NCBI GenBank assembly: GCA_000934665.2
Contig: KZ538175.1
Coordinates: 1-64,000, forward strand
Source: Catajapyx aquilonaris
Taxonomy: Eukaryota
Length of the DNA: 64,000 nt
Direction of reading: 5' to 3'
The notes beneath the pieces are model-generated. The model searched no databases. It saw nothing but the letters and a program-made list of their open reading frames with translations, and was not told the DNA's origin. Made by a program: the position numbers and the translations under genes. The stretch's first letter is position 1. Each line of letters opens with the position of its first letter. Of this stretch, positions 46,099-58,572 are shown piece after piece.

Positions 46099-49000
46099 TA
46101 TAAAGCAACACACAAATTTATTTATTTATTTTATTTATTTATTCGCTTATTGCGTACCCCGGAAAAGGAGAAGATATCCGGGTACAACGTGTGCTTTTGG
46201 GTGAGAGGATTATATGAATCTTTGCCCTGGGATTATCTCCTTCCTACCTCGTCGTGATTACAGGCGTAATTCTGGAGCCGAGGTGACGTTCCTTGCAGAG
46301 ACCCACGTGCAAATAAAGCAAGCCTTGTAATTACACTTCACACATCAGCTCGCCTGCCTGGAGGGGTTAAAAAAGAGAGCTGCAGCCCGCATTTACCAGG
46401 CCTTTGCGGAAATGAACACGGAATCAACATCGATGTTCCGGACAGATTAGAACCGGACGTGCATCAATATACCAAGAGCATTACAAAAACATTTTGTGTG
46501 CCTGTCAGCTCATACGTAACGAGAGCAGTTTCTGTCAGGGCCATGAAATCGGGGATCTCGATGAGCACAGCCAAACTTGTAACCCGGATCTGAACTCGTG
46601 GCAACTCGCTGCTCTTTCGTATTACAAATATTGTCCGACAAAAGTTCTGCTGTTCTACTACAGAAACTGTATTGTGGCAGCCGACTGCAGATATAAGTAT
46701 ATCAGGACAAGTTATCCATAAAGTACTTTTTATAAATCATTGCGTGACAACCCCCCCAAGTTTTAAAAGGATGCAGTAATTAAATGTCACGTCAATTTGC
46801 AACAAACTCCTTAATATTCCCAACAAGTTTATGCTATAAAACCACTTTTACACTGGAACAAACCTATAGCCAATATTGATTTCACATTCGGGATACTGAT
46901 ATCGATACCTATAGCCAATGACAATACCCCCCACCTTTAAAAAGGCAGCATAATAGCAGGTCGCACTACTTATCTGAAGTGCTCCTCCGCGTATCCTGGA
47001 AGATAGCTGACATCCCCATCTCTCTCGCGCTAATGAGCCTAACTCCTAGGCGCCATGTTACTCCAACTTGTCAAGTTGTCGCATAACACTCCAGCTCATC
47101 CCTCCCCTCTAAAATGCCAAGTTACATCAGAATTGATTCGTCAATTTCACCAGCACACAAAGACGCTCCAGGTCCTCCAACAACACGCATTTGACCCACC
47201 TCCAAACCTATTGTTATAGAATGACTTAGTATGTCACCTGGCCAATCCTCCCACGCACAAGTTAAGTTTTCTCCCATCCCCTTCCCCTTCCCCCCTTCAA
47301 GTAGTTTTGCCTCCATTAACAATAATTGTGCGCATTACAACACTGGAGAAGGCCCATTATTGAACAAGGCTGATTAAAATGAATGCCCGTGGCGTAGATC
47401 CGGGGAAAGCATGGCTGCATGAACAAAGAGGCGAGAATTCCGCCGAGAAAAGCACTGACCATTCGGTCCCAGAGTGCGCGAGAAGGAAGCCCAAATTCGT
47501 GCCTCTCGGGTTGCATGCAAATGGCTTGTTACGACCCTCAGCCTAAAGGCATTATTATGATCCAGATAAGTATTCCCACCCCCCCACTCCCCTCAAGCAC
47601 TTCCGTGCCGGTGTCATTTGATAGTCCTTCATGGCTGCATCAAACTATAAAAAGAAGATGCATCATGGTCCTAGATAGTCGGCAGATACAGGCCTGCTTT
47701 TCACTCCTTGTCTCTATACCTGCTGATCAAGTCATATCACTATAGGGAGAGAGACGGGGGAAATAGCCGCAGGTTCGGCCAGGTATACGTATATACCGTA
47801 TTATTTTTTTAAATGAGGAAAATGGGCAGTAGGTTGGTGGATCAATATACTGTTAAGGTGAAAGAGTCAGAAATGTGCCGTTCACAATGGAAAGAAAGGA
47901 TATTATTACGTAGACATGTCATAACTTACACGTGACGGTGTAATGACAGTGACAGGCTCTTTTCGTGATCAATACTGTGGGGTCACTAGCGGGTCGTGCT
48001 CGGTTGGAAGAAGTCTCTATTGTGAAAGGTTTTACGATTGGCTGTCATTCCGCAATCAAATAGCTTTCACAGTAAGACCTACTCTATATTCGCCGAATAT
48101 GATAGTGACACGTAATTATAGTAAGAGATAATATAAATCATGTTTATCAAGGGTACATTGAAGAGGGGAATTCATTTCAAAGAATATCACACTCGATCCT
48201 TTCTCAGTAAAGCCACTTCACCACAGTGCTGCCTGACACTGGTCAAAGTTGTTGTCAAAAACTCAGGATACATCAGCGTCACTCAGTGAAAAATGGTAAT
48301 TTCTTTAGAGTATCAGGGGGCACACATTGTAACCCTAACATGCAAGTGTAGCCTGTATTATTAGAAATTCTTTTTTAATGAAACAATTTTTAAACAGTAT
48401 ATCGGTACCTATGCACGCCCTTCCAGTGCGGGATTAAAATTTCCCGCATGTTTTTGTAACTAACAAGTAGGCAATTCATTTGACTCCTACTCGTACATGC
48501 TGTAATGACTCAGGCCATGATTTTATAATGAACGGATTTGATACCAGCTTATATTACAGAGAGTACATAATACATTAGACGCTATATGCAATCCCGTTTC
48601 TCTAGTATGCACACACCCCATTCTTAAGTTGGCACCTCCCGAGCAAACTTAGATGGGTATACAGCCCTAATGGCTCTAGAAGGCACAGGCAAGTTATAAG
48701 CTAACACGTGCCGGCGGGCACATGTCCCTGTACGTGCGTCTGCTTAAACGCGAGAAGAGCATAATACTGTTATAATGGCAAACAAGATTGCTCACCTGTT
48801 TGGTACTGTGCCAATGCAGAGTTTGTAAACGACTATATAGTCGTACCTTCGCACAGCCAAAAGCATGAAGAAACTTAGATTGTGCACACTGAACAGGAAT
48901 AAGCAGACTCGCTTCAACGCTCGGGTTATACAAACCTAACCCAACTGAAACCTTCTTATATATAGTGCACTCTACAGTGTTATGGACTGCCTTGCACTCG

Positions 49001-50567
49001 TAGGACAAGTACAGTGCATGTTATCCGCCGTGTTGAACAGCCTCGGGCCTGTTGTGCGGTTTACGGTTCGGCACTTAAGTATCGTGGTGCCTGTTCCCTA
49101 TATATGGGACTACAACAATCGATAGACACCTGCCTAGGGTGGATTATTGAGGAATGTAATGTTCAGATTGAGCTGCGGGTCACTTGACGCGAAATCCGAC
49201 AGATGGGGGACAAGTGCCTCTGGTGATTGGTTCACTGGCTCATATGACATGGGATGCAATGCATCACGTCAGCAGCCGCTCTTCTGTCAACAGGTTTGAG
49301 GAAAACAAGGCTATGACATTTGAGATTCCCTTTGAGAGGTTAGCGTGCCTGAGAGAGACGGAGTCCAGTCAAGGATGCTTTTGTGGGTCCGTGAGTCCGT
49401 TATTCCGCTCTTCGGCTTGTATGGTCTGGGTAATCAATCACAAATGTGACGTGGTGGTTTTGATTGTCGTCTATACTGTTGACTTTAATATCTTGTATTT
49501 GCTCCCAGTCTCCAAACTGCACACAGTATACACTTTCGTACATACTCCTCGTTTATACATTGATACTTATACTGTATACCGTTAAGCAACATTTTTCTCA
49601 GGGAACATTATTTTGAAGGCGATGTGTCAGCCCAACCTACAATGTCCATCGTAAAAAATGATGACAGATTGCATTTTGCGTTCTATATTTAGCGTTCCCG
49701 TCCGCTTGTGGTATGTTCTTATAAGACGCAATTAAATATTTAATTCTATACAGTATAAAACCTTTCTGAAAACTAATGCGTCTAAAAGTACGCACATACC
49801 AGTGCAAGTAACGCAAAAAATTCTGATGATAAAATACCAAATTTATTACACCACCGATTAGCAACTACACTGTTTTAGCAACTAAAACTAACACCCTTCC
49901 TCTAAATAAAAAATGAAGCGAATATTATCCTCCCCATGAAACCAAGCCACGCACCGAGCTAATCAAAGCACAATTAGGCTGAGAAAGCGTCTGTGTGGTT
50001 TTTGCATGGAGTTAAGCAAGTCGCTAGACTATAAATGGACAGGCACTCAAAGTATAATCAACTTATAGGCAATGAAGAAATCCCTGAGGAGGATATTGCC
50101 ATATAAGCTACATTAAAGGCCTGGCTCCAGAGAGGGGGAAAAAATACCTCCACAATAAGGTAGTGAACTCACGGGGAAAACCCACAGAGGCATTTCCATG
50201 GCGGATTAGTGCAGAAAAGCAGACCTTCATTTCTGTTGCTGTTTGCTCTCCCTGAATGGAATATTGCAGCGGCAGTGCTTTAATAAAATGTGTGCATGTG
50301 TATGGAAAGGGAGCAGTTGCCTTTATTGACTTTGGGTCATTAAGCGATGCAAGCCATGTCAGAGAACCGTTTCTAGCCATAAAAAGCGACATTGCAAGTG
50401 CAATTTCAAAGTCTAATAAAGATTGTTCTCGGGGACTCGCTCCCTTTTCACGGATCGAGTTCTTTGGGATTTTCAATAAAGACCACTTCTCTGGAAGGAA
50501 GTTATACCACCAGCAAAAGTGCGTACCCAATATGCATGCTGGAAAGCCCTTTAATTTAAATCTGGCT

Positions 50568-50931
50568 GGGGAGGCATGGTGGTCTAGTGGTTACGCCGCT
50601 GGCCAGCCAAGCGGGAGGCCGGGGTTCAAATCCCGTCCCCGTCACCTCTGCTTGGCCGGGTCTTTTTCCGCTTTTCACCCGACATGCCGGAGCAGAATTG
50701 CACTCCCTTCTCTGCTCGGGGCCAGGAGAAAAGGTCTGGTGTTTAAGAGGGTCTGCAATGACTAGAAACTACATGAGAGCGCCCTCCCTTGGGAAGCTAC
50801 CCTTCCCCATACGCCCGTGGACCAGGGCGTTGCGACGAAAAAAACTGTATGTAAAAAATTGCAAAATAAATAAAGTTCCGTGCAATACCTCGAATGAGGT
50901 CCGCACTACCCAATTATTATTATTATTATTA
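50568..50931 (+). mobile_element. Full-length tRNA-derived SINE (family B head and body)
   Basis: A box tggtctagtgg, B box ggttcaaatcc, (ATT)n tail, perfect 17-bp TSD ttaatttaaatctggct (50551-50567 and 50932-50948). Confidence 0.9.
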
Positions 50932-52699
50932 TTAATTTAAATCTGGCTTGGAGTTAGTGATGTCTGATATGGGTACATTTTGATAGTACGCGTATGTTTT
51001 GCCTAAAGGACTGTGCACCCATCCTAATATTATCTGCTCACACCTCACACGGTATACTTTTTCTGGATGTTTCACGCACATAGGGCACATGTAACAATAA
51101 TGACTTTAATTGTTTCAGATTCTGCCTGGTTTGCCACATAATAAAACTGGACCAATCGTTTCAATCTGCTGGAAGAAATAATCCATTAATTTTCTCACTT
51201 TTTATTGCAAAAAAGATGTACGGTGGACAAACGTTCCACCGGAATATGAGGCTCTCACATGCCTGCTCTGAAGAGCCCTGCTCTCGTCATCGAAAAGAAG
51301 CACCCCAGGCACATGCAGTAATATGGCCGGAATGTAGGCTACTTGTCGCATGTTCATCTAGCAAAGCAGAGAATGCATATGCCTTGAAAGCATAATGGCA
51401 TTGTGGAAATGTACTCGGTGGATGAACGTACAGCCGGAGTGGAGTCGGTGATGCAAAAAGTTGGTAAGTCGGGATGCTTGCGAAGTAGTGGGAGTGCATA
51501 GCACAGCGTGGATGGGGAAGGGGAGAGTGGTGTGGTGGGAGAAGAGGCACTTGCAGAGATACGTGCGGTCGATCACACATGGCGCATGATAACATCATGC
51601 ACCTAAGCCATCGATATTGTACTATCGCGATCAAGAGGAAAGGCTCCAATGAGTTCACCGGATCAGTGTGGTCTTCGCTTCAACACTATACGCCCACAGT
51701 ACATTCTGCTGAATCTGAGACGACACTGGTGAACTAGCTGGAACATTGATCGTTTTCTCCTCACCCACAATGAACCGCATTATAAGAAATAATAAGACTA
51801 AGACCATGCCTTTCAAAAGGCCTAAGCTAACAATCGTGATGGCAACAGTATCAACGTGTACAAAATGACAATATTATGCTGACTATACGACAGTGACCAG
51901 TTTACACAACTGCATACCGTATCTTACTCGACACGTAGATGTCTGACAATTCGATATTACGCTTAAAGCCCTCCGCCGCATGTCAAACTCGGTGAAGTCA
52001 ACTGAAAATACAAGATAACCCCATCCGTCAATATTATGGGAAAGGGCAACTTGTGGAGGATTTGGGAGCTTACCCAATAGTCCGTCGAGTTCATTTCCCG
52101 TCCGCAATTGTCACAATGACCTACCATTTGTCGGCCCAAGTTTATTAAGTACCAAAAACTGAAATCAGTATCTGAAAAACGTAACAAGATTTCCCAGTGA
52201 TGTGTCCCACTCAAGTGGAGGCTGAAACATCAATATATCCTAAGAAAATACGCCTCTTTTTCCCTCATACTTTGTGGACTACAATAAATTGGAAACAAAG
52301 TCTGGGTACGCTGGGTAAGACATTAGCGAACAAATTAAATCAATCCATCACTCCTACTTGATAATTGACTATAAAACAGAAAATTCCGATTTGGTGTCGA
52401 CGGTACCTCCGATTTGTAGTGACTGAGTGCACACTCCCTCTTCGTCTTTACCGACATCCAATTTCGGACGGCAAACAGATAATGTACGTACCCCGCCATC
52501 AATCCACAAGATGGTTAATTAAACGCGGAACAGCATATACTGTATGTCTGAGATTGAACGACATGCATATAAATGGCATCTGAATGGGGAGCAGATTAAT
52601 TGCACAAGCAGAGTTTACGATATGGTAATCATACAGCAAAGTTCTAAAGTTGTCGTTGCGACCAGGATTGTCGAGTGTTCCCTAAAGAACAGGAGTAAG

Positions 52700-53200
52700 C
52701 GTAAAATTCAAGACTAAAACACAGGAGGAGTAATTTGAAAGTAACCCATAATATTTGGCTGTGTATAATAGTAACTATAGGACCTCAAAATAATTTTTTA
52801 AACAAGTATATCGACATGGGTCACAACATGCCCTGGGTACCTCATGTGCAAGGTGGCTCCGGTCATTGTTGTATTACACAGTGTACAAGTTCTTGTGTCG
52901 AACTTACTAGGTTACTGAACTACACCGAGGCATATAAAAAATTCGCAACAAAAATTTATTGGAGGCCTTTCTTTCCACGACAATGGGTAGTTTCTTAGAG
53001 GGTCTAATGTATATCCTATAGAATCCGCGACCACAACGACCGTTGATTTAAATCCTGATTTCTTTTTATGGGGTCATCTGAAGGAAATAAGTGTTCCATA
53101 ATAAACCTCGGAGACAATCGACGCAATGAAAGAAATCATTACAAATGCAATCTAGCTACTGAGCGAAGGCCGTTCTTAAAGACACTATAGCGAAAACACG
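52700..53200 (+). pseudogene. Heavily decayed Tc1/mariner transposase fragment
   Basis: 53045-53084 reads DLNP-DFFLWGHLK, the motif after the third catalytic Asp; frameshifted; boundaries approximate. Confidence 0.65.
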
Positions 53201-54488
53201 CGTTCATATGCCTGTCGCATCAAATTGTCAAGTATGATACATGGTATGTCTTTAGTCAAAATTATCCAATTTCGTGTACCTGTTCACAAACAACAGCCAT
53301 ATAAATGCTTTACACTTTATACTACTCACTCCATTTAGCAAGGTGCCTGAGTTCTGTCACGTGTCCGCCGCAGCAAAGGATTAAAAACTTGAATTCCCTC
53401 AGACATGTTTTACTCCCAACAGCTCCTTCGATGTCGCACTAATTCATTCCCAAATGTACTTAGCGCGAGTAAAAAAAAAAAAGCTAGCAGCAGCACAGTG
53501 AGGATAATGCCTTGACCGTGTAGACAAAACCCGCTAGACATGTACACTTTCCACGAGAATTAATAGACCCTTGGTAGAGTTTGCACAGCTAACGTTAATC
53601 TGGCAGTAAAGCCGACGACTGCTCGTGTTCTAGCTCACCAAATGCTGCACATTGCGCAGGGAAGACTCAAGCAGAAGAGACTATTCATCTCCTACATTAC
53701 TGGAGCTGAAAATGTCCGCGGCCTTCTTATGTTTCCAAAAGGGTTACCAAGAACGTTCCTCCTCGTGTCAAGTGACACATGGGATAGGGAGGGGGGNNNN
53801 NNNNNNNNNNNGGGGGGGCAAAAGTTTTTATCAGGCAATCCGACACTTCCTGGAGGAATTCAACCGAAAGAACATGTTGCTTCCGTCTTCTTCGGGAAGA
53901 ATTATTTTTACTCATTCCCGATAGCATCTCCAGATGTCTCCGCAACTAGGCCCTATTCCCATTTGATTCCAGCCAGAAAGAAAAGGCCTTGCCAACTATC
54001 CCTAAGGTAATTCATGCCAGAAATCAGGAGGCAATCCAAATATCACTTATCAAACGCTTGGATACCACATCTGGACTTGAAAAAAACCCGAAACATGACA
54101 GTTTTCTCTTTTCTTGCAATCTTCGGATGCTAAATTTCAAACAATAATATTCTACGTCTAGAACAATGAAATGCATAACAATGTGAGTTTATCAGAAAGA
54201 AACTTTGCTTCGCTGCATGATGCCAGTATCTCAGACATATATATACATGTAGCTACGAGTATGATTTGCTTCGCTCGAGGCCAGAACCTGATGACGTTAT
54301 CTGCATTACATTTTCGTCAAATACAGATCGTATCCGGCGACACAGGGCCACAACCAGTGCCTCGTTTCATATCTACATGCTATGTGAAAACGGGACATAT
54401 TCCAGAAACGAAATTCTGCTAAATCTTACAAGATGTTTCCAGAATCTGCATCAAGTATACGCTACGTAGTTGAATATGTGCCTTATTC

Positions 54489-54568
<80 letters not shown>
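54489..54568. repeat. (ATT)n microsatellite
   Basis: Uninterrupted ATT run. Confidence 0.95.
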
Positions 54569-57500
54569 TAGGTGTGTTACCTTAGCCTGGCACAATTATC
54601 GAAATTTCCCCAGTGTCTAATACTGTAGTCTCGTGTTTCCAAAAGCCTCCAAGGGGAAAAGTTGTCCGAAAAGTTTGTCATCATCCTCAGGGACTGAGGA
54701 AGCTGCACTTCCAACTTTCCCCAATTTTAGGGGGGGGGGGGCGTCATTCGTCGACCTCCTGACCCACAAGGGTCGATGCCACCCCCCGTTACGACAAAGC
54801 TACAGAATGTACCACTGATATTGTCATTCCACTTCCGCAGTGAGGAAAAAGAGCACGTCTTTTCGCGGAGGAGAAGAAATTCCAGACAGAAGGGTGGAAG
54901 AGGGAGGGGAAAAAGGATTGCGGGGAGGTCTCCTGAAAATGAAAGTGGGCCACAATGGAATCGACTCGACAGACGGAGTTCCAACTGACGATTCATAAGT
55001 CTATAAAGCATGCTCGCCGTGAACGTATTTCCAATTGTGTTACTTTAATCGTCCAATGGAAGACGACTAGTATTGTTCAGTCTGGGATTTCTCAACTTCC
55101 ATTGCTCAACTGAGAGATGGATGAACCTGACGTGTTGCTTGGTATTGTAGCGCATCCCCTACCCCATTTTTGGAAAGCTTCATTACTTCTATTAGAACCT
55201 GATCGGGCCTATATGGTTCACCTGGTACGGGCACGAACTCACGGCAAACTGAAAACAGCAACACACAATGACGGATATTCCCTGTTGATCACTTGCTCAT
55301 ATTGACAGCGCCCATCGGATTGTAACATTTGCAGTATTTTATTCGGAACTAATTGCAACAGGCTTTCAGGGCGGCAATTCCACTGATTGCTCGATTACTA
55401 TGCAATTTTCCTACTTATAAGTGCCCGTTTCTGCCTGCGCTATTTTATTCAATGCGATCTAGCCCGGTCTGTTAGCCGATGTTGCTCGATAATTGGGTTT
55501 TTGAAACGTCAGGGACGCGGTGATGAATCGGTTTGGCATTGTTTAAACCCGTCGATATGATTGAAATACGGCTGCTGGAGAGGGCACCATTGTCACGCAC
55601 GCGGGTTTCAGGGACAACATGATTTCGGTTTCCCAACCGCCATATATCTCTACGGATTACCCTTGCTATTCTGTACCACGAGCATTACACTCCAAATGAT
55701 AATTCCGCATTGGCCTCAGCCGGAAGTGTACTATCTGTTCGGGTGCTGTAGCACATGCCAAAGCGTTTCTCCAGCATGGATCGACCGCTGCCTAACTATA
55801 AGGATGCAAACAAGGTCAGGTTTTCGAGGCATGTGTTATACAGGGTGTGCCCCTGCCCAAGTTGACATCCGAAAGATGAGGGACGGGGAAGAGTTGATCG
55901 ATTAGTCACTCCTGGACCGAATTTGAACTCCAGACACAAGGTTTGGGATCTTCTTTACACTTTATTTACACTGCCAGGGGTGTCTAAATACTTCCTCGTA
56001 CTGTACCCCACATTCCGGATTGTCACCTTAATACATTAGTATTCAAAATGCGAACGGACATACACAAACAATGCTTCAAAAGTAACTGTTGTTTATCAAA
56101 CCAATATTGTTTTACTCCACCCATCCCACATATTGTTCAGTGCAGAGGTAAACAAAATGCTCTTCCGACTCTACTCCGCTTTTCTCCAACTGAGCTTACA
56201 ACCCTAAAAATGGTGGCAAACATGCAGAGTGATCGTGTCGCCTCGTTTTCCCGGAGGTAAAACCAGCCCCATAGTTTCCAGCAGTCAGCATCTTCTGGTC
56301 GATGCCATCTTTACCGACGCATTGAAATGCGTCGAGTGGCCAATTTACCTGGCGCCTAAGCAATGTGGGCCCGCCAGCCTTCTTCGCTATTCCTCAGGCT
56401 TTGGGGAAATCGGGCCTGAGTCAAAGAGAGCGGAACAGTCAGGGTGTTTGTAGGAGATTTCATCCAAAATCTAGTGACGGGCGAGGGCTCTTGGAAGACT
56501 TGGCAAGGAGCTCCAGAAATTTGAACGGGTGCACAGAATGGCTTTGCTCCTTTTTCCTCCAGCTAGAGGCATCCTCGGGATTCGAATCTACGCCGCTGCT
56601 GACGTAAATGATGGAAAACGGCACGCCGGATTCAAGAGGCTGGCATACAAAAAGTTGCCAAATATTATTTTCCTCTCACGTAATATACCATATGAAGTTC
56701 ATTCTACAATCATTTGTTTTTCGCTCACTTCTTACTTGTTACACCCAATATTTCCGAGCGGAACTGGTACAATAAATGAAGCTTCAACAGTTCAATAGAA
56801 TCTGCTTAAAACTAATGTACTGTCATAGCCATGTCATAACATAACCTTAAGTTGTTCAGTAGTGTACATCTTGGAACTCCTGAAAAATTAACATTCAAAC
56901 TGCAAATATGAAGCGCTTTCTCCCTCAGTAAACACGAATCCCAATTCTCGCAGCGCACAATAATCGTCTGCAAGATACTTAAGGGGTTAGGGAAACCTTC
57001 ATGAATTTCGTTAATATCTGCCAGTTCGGGCATCCGACCCTTCTCAGCAAAAGTACTGCTCATTAGTCTGGCTGAATAATAGGCCTTAAAAGACCATTTT
57101 TTTGCATTCAAAATGCCTGCCGGTACGCAAAGAAAAAAAAATCCGCAAATTATGTACGGGGAAAAAACCCCTATATTCGTAAGCAACCAGAATATTTTTC
57201 CTTATAAACTCTTCTCTTTGTCATTAATAGGATGTTCCCCCCAGCATGCGCTGAGGTGGTATAGTGGTAGAATAATTTTGAAACGAGTTTTTTTTCCCTT
57301 TCTTTATTCCCCTCTGTTAGTTCCCCCCCCTCCCCCTCCTTTGATGAGTATAAGTTTGGAGTGGGCTTGTTAGCATGAGGGATTTTTGGGGGCCTACCCC
57401 TATCCTTCCTTCGCCCATCAAACTTCTCTCCAACTTGTCACCATCCCTCTTTCCTCAGCAGCCACATCCACTTTAGCAGCATGAGGACACTCCAATAAAA

Positions 57501-57994
57501 TGAATAAAAGGTGGTTGGAGGGCGGGGGGAGGGGGGGGAGAGAGAACGAAATAAATAAAAAAGAAGGGTAAATCCCTTGCCTGGTTCTCCAGCAGTACCA
57601 ATCCTCGCCATGGGAATATTTATTGTGCGTCTCGTCCCCGGTCCTTTGGAGAGGACACAAGTGCCCTCTTTCCATCTCAGTACGGCGCCATTTTTATGGG
57701 TCCCGTCATTTCACGCTTCAATACATATTTCACGGCCGTTTCAGGACCGAGAGGAGGACCCCCCCAAAAATATGAAAGTATGGCGGAATGCTCGCTTTTA
57801 TAGTTCTCGTCAGCAAAGTCACTCGTAGGCATAAACGATTGTTTATAAAATGTAAGCAATAAAAGCGGGAATTGGACAAAAAATAACCGCGCTCTGCATA
57901 TCGTGCCATCTAAGCAATGTTACAACCGGCAGTGCGCAATGTGTATACGTAATGCGCAATCCGCATTACAACGTTATTTTCCTGACCTATAGCC

Positions 57995-58572
57995 GGGAGG
58001 ATGGGGTAAGAAGATTACATTTGTTGTTGTTGTTTTTGTTTACGGGTGGAAAAATTCTGAAAAATATCACATATTACTAAGAACCTACAAGCAGCAGCAA
58101 AAAATTCATTGGCTTAATTGATGTTTTTCTAACTTTTTTTTTGTTTGACTAAATACTTCCGAAAACTTTATCGACCCAAAGTTGTGCTTTTTTGCGAATA
58201 TGTATATCTCCAAACGTTGGTCAGACTTTTTTTCTGTATTTTTCCCTGCGCTTGTAGGTATAATTAGAAAGGGTTTCAAGTTGACTTTTCTTTACTTCTC
58301 TTACATAAACAGGAGCGCTAGAAAAGGTTTCTCATTGTGCCCATTTTACAAGATACATTTTTAAAAGCAATAATATTTTAAGCCCTTATTATTTGATAAG
58401 AATGCGATGTTATTTTTTCATTACAGACCCTTAGGTGAAAGGTGCATTAAAATAACAAATCCGGGCTCCACTGTCTTGTGTCTGAATTTTGTATGTCTTA
58501 TTACCTCAAGTGTGTCTTATTACCTCAAGTGTGTCTTATTACCCCAAGTGTGTCTTATTACCCATCCTCCCC
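57995..58572. mobile_element. Pogo-like MITE with a 19-bp subterminal tandem repeat (58492-58563)
   Basis: Left end gggaggatggggtaagaaga and right end tcttattacccatcctcccc|ta; repeat unit gtgtcttattacc(t/c)caagt in about 3.7 copies. Confidence 0.65.

Noticed and set aside
50568..50650. tRNA gene (also at 16772, 24433 and 40210)
   Set aside because: The A/B boxes are SINE heads followed by a body, tail and TSD; there is no complete cloverleaf.
58492..58563. Short direct repeats as a CRISPR-like array
   Set aside because: They are head-to-tail 19-bp units with no spacers, in eukaryotic DNA, and are explained as MITE subterminal repeats.
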